A stretch of 64,000 nucleotides of DNA from an uncultured Actinomycetes bacterium (lineage in GTDB: Bacteria > Actinomycetota > UBA4738 > HRBIN12), in contig OY969934.1 in the NCBI GenBank assembly GCA_963704725.1, positions 2,624,001 through 2,688,000 on the forward strand, written 5' to 3'. Positions 18,422 to 28,258 of this stretch are shown here, piece after piece. Under the pieces are notes generated by a model. It had not been told where the DNA came from. It worked only from the letters and a program-made list of their open reading frames with translations, and ran no database searches. The translations under genes were made by a program, and so were the position numbers. Position 1 is the stretch's first letter, and each line of letters starts with the position of its first letter.

Positions 18422-19684
18422 TCAGTCGGCAGAGCTCGCGCCCTCCATGCCCTCCAGGAGCTGCGTCTGGTACCAGATCTGCAGGTCGGTCGCCGTCTCA
18501 CCGTCGGCCAGGAACGTCGACCCGTCCTGCCAGTTCAACGGTCCGGTGTACAGGTTGATCGACCCGTCGGCGAGGCCCGCGATGAACTGGTCGAGGGTCG
18601 CCGCGTTGTCCGACGACAGGGCCGGGCCATTCTCGAACCCGACGGCGGATGTGTCCGGGTCGTTGATATCGGCCCAGTCCGGGCCGTTCCACGCGAACCC
18701 GGCCGAGAACGAATCCCCGGCGACGGAGCCGACGACGTCGGCGTAGGCCGGTCCCCAGTTGAAGTAGGGGACCCCGAGGCAGACGTTCGGGGCCTGGTCG
18801 CACGCGCCCTTGAAGTCGTACGGGATGGCCCACACGGCCTCGCCGGCGTCGGCGCGCTGCCCCGCCCGCACGAGCGCCTCGGTCGTGTCTATGCCGCTCA
18901 CGACGACGTCGGTGCCCGAGTCGAAGAAGTCGTTCGTCACCTGGGTCGGGTCGAGCGTCACGCCCGGGATGTTGAACCAGAACCCGATCCAGTTCACCGA
19001 GAACTGGAGCGCGGCAGGGTCCTCGCCCCGGTAGTTGTCCCAGCAGTACCGCGCGCCGAGGTAGACGGAGTTCGCCAGGCGCCGCGTCTCGTCGTTGATC
19101 AGCGGCCCCAGGTAGCCGATCTGGCCGGTCTGGGTGGTCAGCGCCGCCGCGCACCCGCCGATCATCTTGCCGTACTCCATGCGGCCCATGATGTTCCCGA
19201 GGTTCGTGAGGTCCGCGTGGTAGTCCTGCCCGTCCGTCCACGCGTTGTCGCCGGAGGTCCAGATCATCGGAACGTCCGGGTGCTCCGCGGCGGCGGCCAG
19301 GATGCCGTCCTTCATGTCGTCGGACGTCGCGAAGATCAGCTGGGCACCTTGGTCGATCATGTCGGAGGCGACCTGCTCGACGCTCGTCTCCGGACGATCC
19401 GACGGATTCACCTTGTCGATCACGATCATCGTGGCGCCGAGCTTGTCCTCGACGTACTTGCCGGCGTCGTAGTTCGCCTGGGACCAGCCGTGGTCGTTCT
19501 GCGGACCGACCAGGATCATCCCGAACGTGATCGGTGCTTGGCTCGGTTCGGCGCCGGTCGCTCCACCGGGTTCGGGACTCGTCGTCCCATCGCCCCCGTC
19601 GTCGCTACAGGACGCGGCGACCAGGGCCAGGACGGCGACGAGCGCCAGGAGCAACGGCAGCCGACGGCGTGCGCTTGCATCCAT
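18422..19684 (-). CDS. BMP family ABC substrate-binding lipoprotein
   Basis: Lipobox VAASC; GPQNDHGWSQA; YFNWGP. Confidence 0.9.
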   Translation of the reverse strand: MDASARRRLPLLLALVAVLALVAASCSDDGGDGTTSPEPGGATGAEPSQAPITFGMILVGPQNDHGWSQANYDAGKYVEDKLGATMIVIDKVNPSDRPETSVEQVASDMIDQGAQLIFATSDDMKDGILAAAAEHPDVPMIWTSGDNAWTDGQDYHADLTNLGNIMGRMEYGKMIGGCAAALTTQTGQIGYLGPLINDETRRLANSVYLGARYCWDNYRGEDPAALQFSVNWIGFWFNIPGVTLDPTQVTNDFFDSGTDVVVSGIDTTEALVRAGQRADAGEAVWAIPYDFKGACDQAPNVCLGVPYFNWGPAYADVVGSVAGDSFSAGFAWNGPDWADINDPDTSAVGFENGPALSSDNAATLDQFIAGLADGSINLYTGPLNWQDGSTFLADGETATDLQIWYQTQLLEGMEGASSAD

Positions 19685-19844
19685 CAAGACTCCCCCCTTT
19701 CCCCCACCTCGAGCGAGTATCGCATCGAGGCATCCGGGGCGCTCGGTGCCCGCCCCTGCTTCGGCGGGTCCAACGGCCCGGGACATCGGCGGCCATCGAC
19801 CTCGGTATCCTGAGTGACCCCAGACCCGGCGAACGAGAGACGAC

Positions 19845-20594
19845 ATGGCGAACCGGCAGGCCGGCACCAACCGCTCGACGAAGGCCGACCGCAAGGAACA
19901 AGCTCGGCAAGAGCGCCAGGAGATCCAGCGCAGGCTGGCCCGGGCCAGGCGGAACCGGTGGATCGCGCTCGGCGTGGTCGTGGTCGTCGCCGCGGGAGCG
20001 GCGGCCTTCGCGCTGACGCGGCCGAAGGCGGCCTCCGTCGACCCCGGGGGGCTGCTCGACCAGGCGGCGGCGGCGACGCAGGCCGCCGGGTGCGCCGACG
20101 TGCGGGACGTCGGCCCGTATCAGCCGAGCGATCAGGACCAGGCGCACACGTCGGACACGGAGCCCATGCCGCCGCTATCCACGTACCCCTCCGTGCCGCC
20201 GGCGTCCGGCCCGCACAATCCGACCCCGTTCGGCGCCGGCGTCTACGGCTCGGCGCCGCCCATCGACCAGGTGGTCCACTCGCTGGAGCACGGGGCCGCG
20301 ATCGTGTGGTACGCGCCGGGAGCGGGCGGCGCCCAGCTGGACCGGATCCGCGACTTCTACGGCGGCTCCGTCGGCGCTCGCGTCATCGTCGCCCCGTACG
20401 ACTACCCGGACCAGGGCGACGCCGGCCGGCTCCCCGCCGGCACCGAGATGGCGCTCGTCTCCTGGCACCACGTCGAGACCTGCGCCCAAGTGAACCTCGC
20501 CGCCGCGTTCGACTTCACCGCGAGATACTCGTTCCCGACGTTCGAGGGGCGACGGTACCTCGGGGACGCCCCGGAGGCGGGCGCCGCGTTCTGA
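19845..20594 (+). CDS. DUF3105 membrane-anchored protein
   Basis: PPASGPH, VHSLEHGAAIVWY, ALVSW. Confidence 0.82.
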   Translation: MANRQAGTNRSTKADRKEQARQERQEIQRRLARARRNRWIALGVVVVVAAGAAAFALTRPKAASVDPGGLLDQAAAATQAAGCADVRDVGPYQPSDQDQAHTSDTEPMPPLSTYPSVPPASGPHNPTPFGAGVYGSAPPIDQVVHSLEHGAAIVWYAPGAGGAQLDRIRDFYGGSVGARVIVAPYDYPDQGDAGRLPAGTEMALVSWHHVETCAQVNLAAAFDFTARYSFPTFEGRRYLGDAPEAGAAF

Positions 20595-20624
20595 CGCGGG
20601 CCCGAAGCGCGGAAGGAACCGTCG

Positions 20625-21461
20625 ATGGCGAAGAAGCGACGCAGGACCGGCAACCGGACACGCCCCCACCCGAACGCCCAGGGCGCCGTCGGCACCGCAG
20701 AACGCCCGGGCGAGGAGCCCCGGGCGCGTGCGGGGACGGATGCCGAGCCGGGCTCGCGGTCGCCATCGTCCCCTCGGGGCGGCGGTCCCCGGCGCACGCG
20801 GGCCGAGAAGAAGGAGCTCGCGCGCAGGCAGCGCGACGAGATCCGCCGCCGCATCAAGCGGGTGCAGCGCGCGCGCCGGCTCGTGTGGATCACCGGCATC
20901 GCGGCGGTGCTCTCGCTGGCCAGCCTGCTGCTTCTCGACCGGAACCAGGAGCTCACGCCCCCCGGCCAGCTCCCCGGGCTGCTGAAGACGCAGGATGTCC
21001 CGTGGCCGGCGAACTCGGCGCTGGTCTTGGACCGCGCCGGCGATCGCGGGCTGCCCGGCGCCGGCTCCGCGCTGCACATCCATGCGAACGTCCAGCTCTT
21101 CGTCCACGGGACGCAGGAGGAGGTCCCCCAGGGCATCGGGATCAACGGCAACGACGACGCGTCGATCCACACGCACACGGCCGACGGCGTCGTCCACATC
21201 GAGTCCGACACGCAGCGCGATTTCACGCTCGGCGACTTCTTCGACGTGTGGGGTGTTCGCCTGAGCTCGACGTGCCTGGGCGGGTTCTGCGACCAGGGAG
21301 CCGACCACGTGCAGGTGTTCGTGGACGGCACGGAGGTCACCACCTCGATCCGCGGCGTCGTGCTCGACGACCAGTCGGTCGTCGTCGTGACGTTCGGCAC
21401 CGCGGACGAGCTGCCGAGCCCGATCCCCAGCACGTTCGACTTCGGCTCGATCACGCCGTAG
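20625..21461 (+). CDS. membrane-anchored His-motif hypothetical protein
   Basis: TM followed by HIH, IHTH, VHIES and FTLGDFFDVWG. Confidence 0.7.
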   Translation: MAKKRRRTGNRTRPHPNAQGAVGTAERPGEEPRARAGTDAEPGSRSPSSPRGGGPRRTRAEKKELARRQRDEIRRRIKRVQRARRLVWITGIAAVLSLASLLLLDRNQELTPPGQLPGLLKTQDVPWPANSALVLDRAGDRGLPGAGSALHIHANVQLFVHGTQEEVPQGIGINGNDDASIHTHTADGVVHIESDTQRDFTLGDFFDVWGVRLSSTCLGGFCDQGADHVQVFVDGTEVTTSIRGVVLDDQSVVVVTFGTADELPSPIPSTFDFGSITP

Positions 21462-21465
21462 CCCC

Positions 21466-22161
21466 GTGTCCGGGACCAAGCGGCGGCGGGACCCGAGCGG
21501 TCGTCCGCCGGCTCGAACGGCCCCGCCCGCGCGGCCGCCCGATCGCGAGCGGCGATCGCTCGCGTACCGAACCGCCACGATCGTGGTGGTGGCCGTCCTC
21601 GGCTGGTTCCTCTTCCTGCGGGCGGCCGGGCCGGGCCCGATCTCCGCCGCCGCGCTCGACGCCGCGGAGGCCGCCGGCTGCGACGACCTGGAGCGCCCGG
21701 TGCTCGCCGACCCGAGCCGATCGCACCTCGACCCCGGAAGCGGCTTCGACTACCCGGACCGGCCGCCCGCGGCCGGCCCCCACGATCCCGATCCGCTGCC
21801 CCCGGATCCCCACGTCCACCCCGAGCCCGTCTCCGAGACCCGCGCCGTGCACAACCTCGAACACGCCTACGTGCTCATCTGGTATCGCCCCACCGCGGAC
21901 GGCGGACCCTCCGGCGACGCCGTCGACGCGCTCGAGACCGTGGCGCGGGCCGAGGACCGCGTGATCATGGCGCCCTACCCGGACCTGCCCGAAGGCCGTG
22001 CGCTCGCGCTCGTCGCCTGGAACACGCGGTGGCTCTGCCCTGCAGCGATCACGACCCAGCAGGCGACGACGATGGCGCGGTCGTTCATCCAGGCCTACGC
22101 CGGAACGACGAACGCGCCCGAAGCGCCTCGAGGGTTGATCGGCCGGCTGCTCTCCGGTTAG
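21466..22161 (+). CDS. DUF3105 membrane-anchored protein
   Basis: PPAAGPH, VHNLEHAYVLIWY, ALVAW. Confidence 0.82.
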   Translation: MSGTKRRRDPSGRPPARTAPPARPPDRERRSLAYRTATIVVVAVLGWFLFLRAAGPGPISAAALDAAEAAGCDDLERPVLADPSRSHLDPGSGFDYPDRPPAAGPHDPDPLPPDPHVHPEPVSETRAVHNLEHAYVLIWYRPTADGGPSGDAVDALETVARAEDRVIMAPYPDLPEGRALALVAWNTRWLCPAAITTQQATTMARSFIQAYAGTTNAPEAPRGLIGRLLSG

Positions 22162-23693
22162 CCCGTCCTGCAGGAGCTCGAGGTGCACGTGATCGTGCCG
22201 TGCTCGAACCTCGCGCGCTCGTTGCCGTTCGGCAGCCGTCGGACGTCCGAGGTGGGGAACCCCAACCGGCCGCCCGGTCCGCCCTTGCGGAGGTAGAAGG
22301 CGAGCACGGGATCGCTCAGCTCGTGGGCGCCCACGCCCTCCCGGAAGTAGATCGTGGCCCGCTCGAACGTCTGGCGCACCCCGCCGGCCACCGCCACCTG
22401 CCGGGACGTGGCGAGTCCGGCCGAGCACCCCTCCGCGTCGTACTTGGCTCGGATCTGGCCCGTGATCTGCCGGTTCCGGTCGATCCACACGCGGTCGTCG
22501 CGGAGCTCGAGGGCGGAGCGCAGAGTCGCGCCGCTGATCGAGGCGGTGCCGTTCTGGCCCCTGACCGTGACGGAGATGATCCGTCCGGACACGCCGCGCT
22601 GGGCGTCGACGAACCCCGTGACGGTGCCGATCCCCAGGGAGAGCGCTTGCGTCGCGTCCTGGGCCGGGACCGTCACCTCCCACGTGGCGCTTGGGTTGTC
22701 CAGCGTGTAGTCGCCGGGATCGCACACGCCACGCAGGTATCCGATGGGCTCTCCGCCCCACACGTTCTCGTTGTCCTCGGTGAACCCACCCGACGAGGAC
22801 ATGTAGAACGCCTGGATCGGGTCGCCGCCGTCCGCCACGACCTCGTTCGCCGTGCCGTCCACCGCGGCCACCCATCGGTCGCCGTCCGTGCCACTCTCCT
22901 TGTCCCAGCCCGCGTACACCTGGTCGAACGAGCTCGCGTAGAGCGCGCAGTCGCAGACCGGGCGATGTTGCGATGCCGCGGCCTTCGTGTACGCGTACGT
23001 CCGGGCCGCGATGGCCTGCGCCGCCAGCGCAGGCGTGGGCCAGGAGCTCGGCACCTCACCCAGCCCGTACAGGTACTCCTCCGGGCCGATCACCAGGACG
23101 AGCCGCATGGCGCACCCGTTCGTGCAGTTGTACAGGCCGAACTCGATCCAGCCTCGCGCGTAAGCGTGGCCGGCCTCGGGGATCCGGACGTGCGCCCCCG
23201 GCTCGTAGACGGCGACGAGCGGCGTGTCGGGTCCGCCGACGGTCGCCACCGTGGCCCCGCCCCCGTCCACGATGCGGTACGCGTCCTGCGACACGCGGAC
23301 GCGCCACGTCTGGCCGGCGGGCACGCTCGCCACCAGGTCCCCCGTTCGATCCCCCAGGTGGAGCTCGACGGCGCCGAGCTGCGCCTCCACCCGGACCGCC
23401 GGCACGGACTGCACGAGCCCGATGCGGAACCGTTCGGCCAGGGGCGGCATCTGCGTGACGCGCGTGCCCGAGTAGTAGTGGGTGAGGATCCGCCGCGCGC
23501 TCCAGCCGTCCCGGGCCAGCCCGAACGCGCCCCACTGGGACATCCCGAGCCCGTGGCCGAACCCCGAGCCGTAGAAGCGGAACCCCGGGATCCGGGCCTG
23601 GCGGGTTCGATCGTCGGACGCGCTCCGCGCCAGCGCGGCGGGCGCGGGAAGGACGACGGCGAGGAGGAGGAGGGCGACGAGGACTCTGCGCAT
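22158..23693 (-). CDS. SpoIID/LytB domain protein with LGFP repeats
   Basis: Signal peptide; GHGLGMSQWGA, EYLYGLGEVP, AQAIAARTY, LGFP. Confidence 0.9.
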   Translation of the reverse strand: MRRVLVALLLLAVVLPAPAALARSASDDRTRQARIPGFRFYGSGFGHGLGMSQWGAFGLARDGWSARRILTHYYSGTRVTQMPPLAERFRIGLVQSVPAVRVEAQLGAVELHLGDRTGDLVASVPAGQTWRVRVSQDAYRIVDGGGATVATVGGPDTPLVAVYEPGAHVRIPEAGHAYARGWIEFGLYNCTNGCAMRLVLVIGPEEYLYGLGEVPSSWPTPALAAQAIAARTYAYTKAAASQHRPVCDCALYASSFDQVYAGWDKESGTDGDRWVAAVDGTANEVVADGGDPIQAFYMSSSGGFTEDNENVWGGEPIGYLRGVCDPGDYTLDNPSATWEVTVPAQDATQALSLGIGTVTGFVDAQRGVSGRIISVTVRGQNGTASISGATLRSALELRDDRVWIDRNRQITGQIRAKYDAEGCSAGLATSRQVAVAGGVRQTFERATIYFREGVGAHELSDPVLAFYLRKGGPGGRLGFPTSDVRRLPNGNERARFEHGTITCTSSSCRTG

Positions 23694-23753
23694 GGTCGGG
23701 CCTTTCTGCGCGCGGTCGGGTTGTGAGGGTTCCCGAAGGAGCGAACGCGAATC

Positions 23754-24809
23754 CTACCCCACGGGTTGCCCCGGCCCGGGCATCCCGCCCGGATCCGCCT
23801 CGCGACCGGCCGAGACGCCGGTGTCCGCGAGCCTGGCGCCGGCCGGGACCGACGCCCCCTCGGCGAGCACGGACCCCTCGACCAGCGCCCGGGCCCCCAC
23901 GCGGGCGCGAGGACCCACGATCGAGCCCACGACGGTCGCCCCCGGCTCGACGACCGCCCCGGAGTGCACCACCGAGTCCTCGATCGTGGCCTCCGCACCC
24001 ACATCCGCCCCGGGGCCGATCACCACCCACCGCCCGAGATGCGCGCGGAGGTCGACGCGAGCGCCCTCGGCCACGTAGGGGGCGGGGTACCGGGTCTCGA
24101 ACCCCACCCGGCCCTCGAGGATGTCGAAGTTCGCCTGGAGGTACTTCTCGGGCGTGCCGAGGTCCAGCCAGTAGGCCTCGGACACGAACCCGTAGAGCCG
24201 CTCACCGGCGGCCACGAGCGCCGGGAAGATGTCGCGCTCGATCGAGAGGGTCCCGCCCGGCGACCACGACGACAGGCACGAGGGTTCGAGCACGTACGTG
24301 CCGGCGTTCACGTCCCCGGGGACGGCCTCGGCCGGCTTCTCGCGGAACTCGATCACTCGCCCGTCGGGTTCGATGGGCACGAGCCCGAACGGGCGGGCGT
24401 CCTCGACGTGCGTCAGGGCGATCGTGGCCGCCGCGCCCCGGTCGCGGTGCAGCGCCACCATCGCGGTGAGGTCGAGGTCCGTGAGGATGTCGCCGTTCAG
24501 CGCGAGGAAGGCCTCGTCCCCGTCGATCGCCGAGAGCGCATTCACGATCGCGCCCCCCGTCCCCAGCGGCTCGGACTCGGTGATCCAGGTGATCGCCGGG
24601 TCGCCCCGGCGGGCCTCGACGAAGGCGCGGAAGGTCTCCTCGAGGTACGAGCTCGAGAGCACCACCTCGTGCACGCCGTGACGCGCGAGGTGGTCCAGGA
24701 CGTGGTCCAGGCTGGCGCGGTCCATGAGGGGCACGAGCGGCTTGGGGATCGTCTCGGTGAGCGGACGGAGCCGCGTGCCCTCCCCGCCGACGAGCACGAC
24801 CGCCTTCAT
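23754..24809 (-). CDS. NDP-sugar synthase (mannose-1-phosphate guanylyltransferase-like)
   Basis: LVGGEGTRLRPLT, EPLGTGG, NGD, WLDLGTP; hexapeptide tail. Confidence 0.9.
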   Translation of the reverse strand: MKAVVLVGGEGTRLRPLTETIPKPLVPLMDRASLDHVLDHLARHGVHEVVLSSSYLEETFRAFVEARRGDPAITWITESEPLGTGGAIVNALSAIDGDEAFLALNGDILTDLDLTAMVALHRDRGAAATIALTHVEDARPFGLVPIEPDGRVIEFREKPAEAVPGDVNAGTYVLEPSCLSSWSPGGTLSIERDIFPALVAAGERLYGFVSEAYWLDLGTPEKYLQANFDILEGRVGFETRYPAPYVAEGARVDLRAHLGRWVVIGPGADVGAEATIEDSVVHSGAVVEPGATVVGSIVGPRARVGARALVEGSVLAEGASVPAGARLADTGVSAGREADPGGMPGPGQPVG

Positions 24810-25669
24810 CGGGCCGCCAGTCGATCCTTCAGCGCGACGAGCTCCGCCCTGGCCCGAAGCGCGAGCCACGCGGCCGGAAGCGTGGCGCGCCGCCAGCCGG
24901 CCGACCGGTGCTTGCGGTAGTACCGATAGACGCTCATCGAGTGCATCACGTGCATCCGGCGCGAGCGGCCGGTCGAGACGGCGCCCTCGTGGACGATCTC
25001 GAGCTCGGGCGTGTAGCGAACCGTCCACCCCGCGTCGCGGAGCCGGGTGCACAGGTCGAGCTCCTCCGCGTAGAGCCAGAACGCCTCGTCGAACCGCCCC
25101 ACCTCCTCGAACGCGGTGCGGCGCAACAGGAGACAGGCGCCGCTCACCCAGTCGACGGCCCGCTCGCTCGACCGGTCCCACTCGGACTGGCGGTAGGCGC
25201 GGGTGAAGCGGTTGCCGGGGACGAACGGGCCGAGGAACGCGTGGCCCAGGGCTCGTCCCACGCCCGGGAAGACGCGTCCGCTCTCGTAGATCGACCCGTC
25301 GGCGTTGCGGACGAGCGGCCCGAGCAGCGCCGCGTCGGGATGGGCCTCGCCGACCTTCACGAACGCCGCCAGATCGCCCGCCCAGATCTCGGCGTCGGGG
25401 TTCAGGAACAGGATCCACGGCGAGTCGGTCTCGGCCGCGCCCTGGTTCCACGCCGCGGACAGGCCCCGGTTCGACGGGTTCTCGATCAGCCGCATCGCCG
25501 GCAGGGCGTCCTTCGCGGCGCGCGCGCTCCCATCCCGTGACGCGTTGTCGACGACGAGGACGTCGAGCGCGAGCCCGCCGTCGTTCGCGAACACCGACTC
25601 GACGCATCGCGTGAGGTATCCGCCCGCGTTGTAGTTGACGATCACGACGGCCAGGTCGGCGGTGGACAT
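24806..25669 (-). CDS. GT2 glycosyltransferase (WbbL-like rhamnosyltransferase)
   Basis: IVNYN, FLNPD, VDWVSGAC, FDEAFWLYAEE. Confidence 0.85.
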   Translation of the reverse strand: MSTADLAVVIVNYNAGGYLTRCVESVFANDGGLALDVLVVDNASRDGSARAAKDALPAMRLIENPSNRGLSAAWNQGAAETDSPWILFLNPDAEIWAGDLAAFVKVGEAHPDAALLGPLVRNADGSIYESGRVFPGVGRALGHAFLGPFVPGNRFTRAYRQSEWDRSSERAVDWVSGACLLLRRTAFEEVGRFDEAFWLYAEELDLCTRLRDAGWTVRYTPELEIVHEGAVSTGRSRRMHVMHSMSVYRYYRKHRSAGWRRATLPAAWLALRARAELVALKDRLAAR

Positions 25670-26046
25670 CACGTGTGCGGCGTGCGCGAGACCAGGAAGA
25701 TCCCGACGGCGATGAACGCGACGCCCGCCCACCGGAGCGGCGGGACCTCCTCCTCGAGCGCGAAACGGTCGAACACGAGGATCAGGACGTAGGTCAGCGC
25801 GGCGAACGGATACGCGAACGAGAGCGAGGCGCGCGAGAGCACGACGAGCCACACGAGCGCGGAGAGCCCGAACAACGCCAGCCCCGTCCACACGAACGCC
25901 TCGCTCGAAACGGCCCGGAGCGAGGCGCCGTCGAACGAGAACGTCCCCGGCGAGAGCCGGTCGTTCACGCGGTTCATGCCGTGCTTCAGCGCGAGCTGCG
26001 CCACCGCCGCCACGGCGACGGACAGCAGGATCATCGCGATCAACAT
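25669..26046 (-). CDS. EamA/ArnE-F-like small transporter (flippase)
   Basis: AQLALKHGM, LSFAYP; four TM helices. Confidence 0.8.
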   Translation of the reverse strand: MLIAMILLSVAVAAVAQLALKHGMNRVNDRLSPGTFSFDGASLRAVSSEAFVWTGLALFGLSALVWLVVLSRASLSFAYPFAALTYVLILVFDRFALEEEVPPLRWAGVAFIAVGIFLVSRTPHT

Positions 26047-26120
26047 CGTCAGGTGTCCTTTCGTGGCGTTCGGCGCGTCGACGTCGCCCGCGGCGCCGGA
26101 TGCGCGGATCTCGCGCGCGC

Positions 26121-27302
26121 TCACAGCTCCTCGGTCTCCACCGCAACCGGCACGTCGAGGCGTTCCTGCACCTGCGGGGCGTCGACCACCTCGAACAGGT
26201 ACCGCTGGGTCTGCACGTGATAGAGGTGTCCCGTCGCCGTCGAGCTCAGGCCCACCGTCACCCAGTACTTCCCCGCCTCATACGGGAAGTGGTCGATGCG
26301 GAACCGGACCCGCCGCTTCCCGTCGACGTTGCCGAGATCGATCCCGGCGCGCGACGTCCGGGCGTCGAGCACCGGGTGGTTCGTCGCCCCGTCGAGGACC
26401 GCGACGTCCACGTCGAGATCGTCGACCGGCGCGTTCGTCCGCACGTCGACCTGGATCGTCACCGGGTCGTCGCGGAGCAGGGGCCCGGCCCCCGCCTCGT
26501 TCGCCCGGATGATCTGGACCTCGACGATCTCGGCCTCGCGCGTGCCCTCCTCCGGGACGAACCCGGGATCCGTGACGCCCAGCAGGACGTATCGCATCTC
26601 GCGGACGACGTCGTCCGGCGGCCCAAGCGCGTGCAGGAGCCCGTGATGGAGCATCGCCGCGCGGTCACAGATCTCGCGGACGGTGTCGAGCGCGTGGGTG
26701 ACGAGCACGATCGTGCGGCCCTCGCGCTGGAACTCCCGGACGCGGTCGATGCACTTGGCCTGGAAGGCCTCGTCGCCCACGGCCAGGACCTCGTCGACGA
26801 GCAGGACCTCCGGGTCGACGTGCACCGCGACGGCGAACCCCAGCCGCACGAGCATGCCGGAGGAGAAGAACTTCACCTGGTTGTCCATGAAGTCCTCGAG
26901 CTCCGCGAAGGCCACGATGCCGTCGTACACGCGATCCGTCTCCTTGCGGGAGAGCCCGAGGAACGACGCGTTCAGGTAGACGTTCTCGCGCCCGGTGAGC
27001 TCGGGGTGGAAGCCGGCGCCGAGCTCGAGCAGCGCGGCCAGGCGTCCGCGCTGGCGGACGACGCCCTCGGTCGGTCGCAGGATCCCCGCGATGCACTTGA
27101 GCAGCGTGGTCTTGCCCGAGCCGTTGTGCCCGATCAGGCCGAACGTCGATCCCTCCCGCACGTCGAGCGAGACGTCGCGAAGGGCCCAGAAGTCCTCGGA
27201 GCGCGAGTGCGCGGTGACCAGTCGCTGCTTCACCGAGGTCGGCTTCTCGCGGAACACGCGGAAGCGCTTCGAGATGCCGTCGACCTCGATCGCGGCCGGC
27301 AC
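26121..27302 (-). CDS. wzt: polysaccharide ABC ATP-binding protein with C-terminal domain
   Basis: GHNGSGKTT, ELGAGFHPELTGREN, SSGM. Confidence 0.92.
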   Translation of the reverse strand: MPAAIEVDGISKRFRVFREKPTSVKQRLVTAHSRSEDFWALRDVSLDVREGSTFGLIGHNGSGKTTLLKCIAGILRPTEGVVRQRGRLAALLELGAGFHPELTGRENVYLNASFLGLSRKETDRVYDGIVAFAELEDFMDNQVKFFSSGMLVRLGFAVAVHVDPEVLLVDEVLAVGDEAFQAKCIDRVREFQREGRTIVLVTHALDTVREICDRAAMLHHGLLHALGPPDDVVREMRYVLLGVTDPGFVPEEGTREAEIVEVQIIRANEAGAGPLLRDDPVTIQVDVRTNAPVDDLDVDVAVLDGATNHPVLDARTSRAGIDLGNVDGKRRVRFRIDHFPYEAGKYWVTVGLSSTATGHLYHVQTQRYLFEVVDAPQVQERLDVPVAVETEEL

Positions 27303-28195
27303 TACAGCTCCTCCGCGAAGTCGCCGGACCGCGAGAAGAAGTACCGCCACGTGAGCCACAGCATGCCGAGCGACAGGACGAGCACGGCGCCGAGCACCAG
27401 CGCCAGCCACGGCAGGCTCACCTCGAACAGGACGGGGTCCGGCGCCGCGGCCGGGTGGACGACGGCGTAGAGAGCGCGGTGCATCCCCCCGAAGATCGAG
27501 GTCAGCGGGTTCGCGAAGTAGAGCGGCCACAGGATGCCGTGCGGCAGCAGCTTGTCCTGCACGAGCCACTCCGGGTACACGATCGGGGACGCCCAGAACC
27601 ACACCAGGACCGCGATGTTGAGCAGGTGCCCGACGTCGCGGTAGCGGACGTTGAGCGCCGCGACCCAGAACGTCACCGCCGTCGTGAATGCGAGCAGCGT
27701 GGCGAACGCCAGCGGCAGCAGCGCGAGCTCGGGCACGTGGAGGCCGTACCCGGTCGCCACGATGAACAGCGCGAGCACGGCGACCTGCAGCACGTAGTCG
27801 ACGAGCGCGACGCCGATCGCCGACAGCGGCAGGATCTCCCGGGGGAACGCCACCTTCTTCACGAGGTTCGAGTTGTCCAGGACCGATCGGGCGCCGCTCA
27901 GCATCGACGCGCTGAACAGGTTCCAGGCCAGGAGCGCCGAGAGCAGGTACACGGGGAACTGGGGCACGTTGTTCCCGAGGATCACCACGACGAAGGTGAA
28001 GACGATCAGGAACACCACGGGGTTCAGCAGCGACCAGATGGCCCCGAGCACGGAGGCCGCGTACTTCACCTTGAGCTCCTTGCGGATCAGGTTGATCAGG
28101 ATCTCGCGGTGCGCGGCGAGGTCGCGAAGGCGCTCGCCGACCCGAAAGCGCGGCGATTCGGAGGTTCGTTCGACGGTCTGGACGGTGACTGCCAT
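27302..28195 (-). CDS. wzm: polysaccharide ABC permease
   Basis: ELKVKY..LGAIWSLLNP, NLVKKVAFP, SPIVYP. Confidence 0.92.
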   Translation of the reverse strand: MAVTVQTVERTSESPRFRVGERLRDLAAHREILINLIRKELKVKYAASVLGAIWSLLNPVVFLIVFTFVVVILGNNVPQFPVYLLSALLAWNLFSASMLSGARSVLDNSNLVKKVAFPREILPLSAIGVALVDYVLQVAVLALFIVATGYGLHVPELALLPLAFATLLAFTTAVTFWVAALNVRYRDVGHLLNIAVLVWFWASPIVYPEWLVQDKLLPHGILWPLYFANPLTSIFGGMHRALYAVVHPAAAPDPVLFEVSLPWLALVLGAVLVLSLGMLWLTWRYFFSRSGDFAEEL

Positions 28196-28258
28196 GGGCA
28201 CGCGCCGGCGGCCGCACGGCCCGGCCGGACTCCGGCCGAGTCTAGCAATCGCCGCTGG

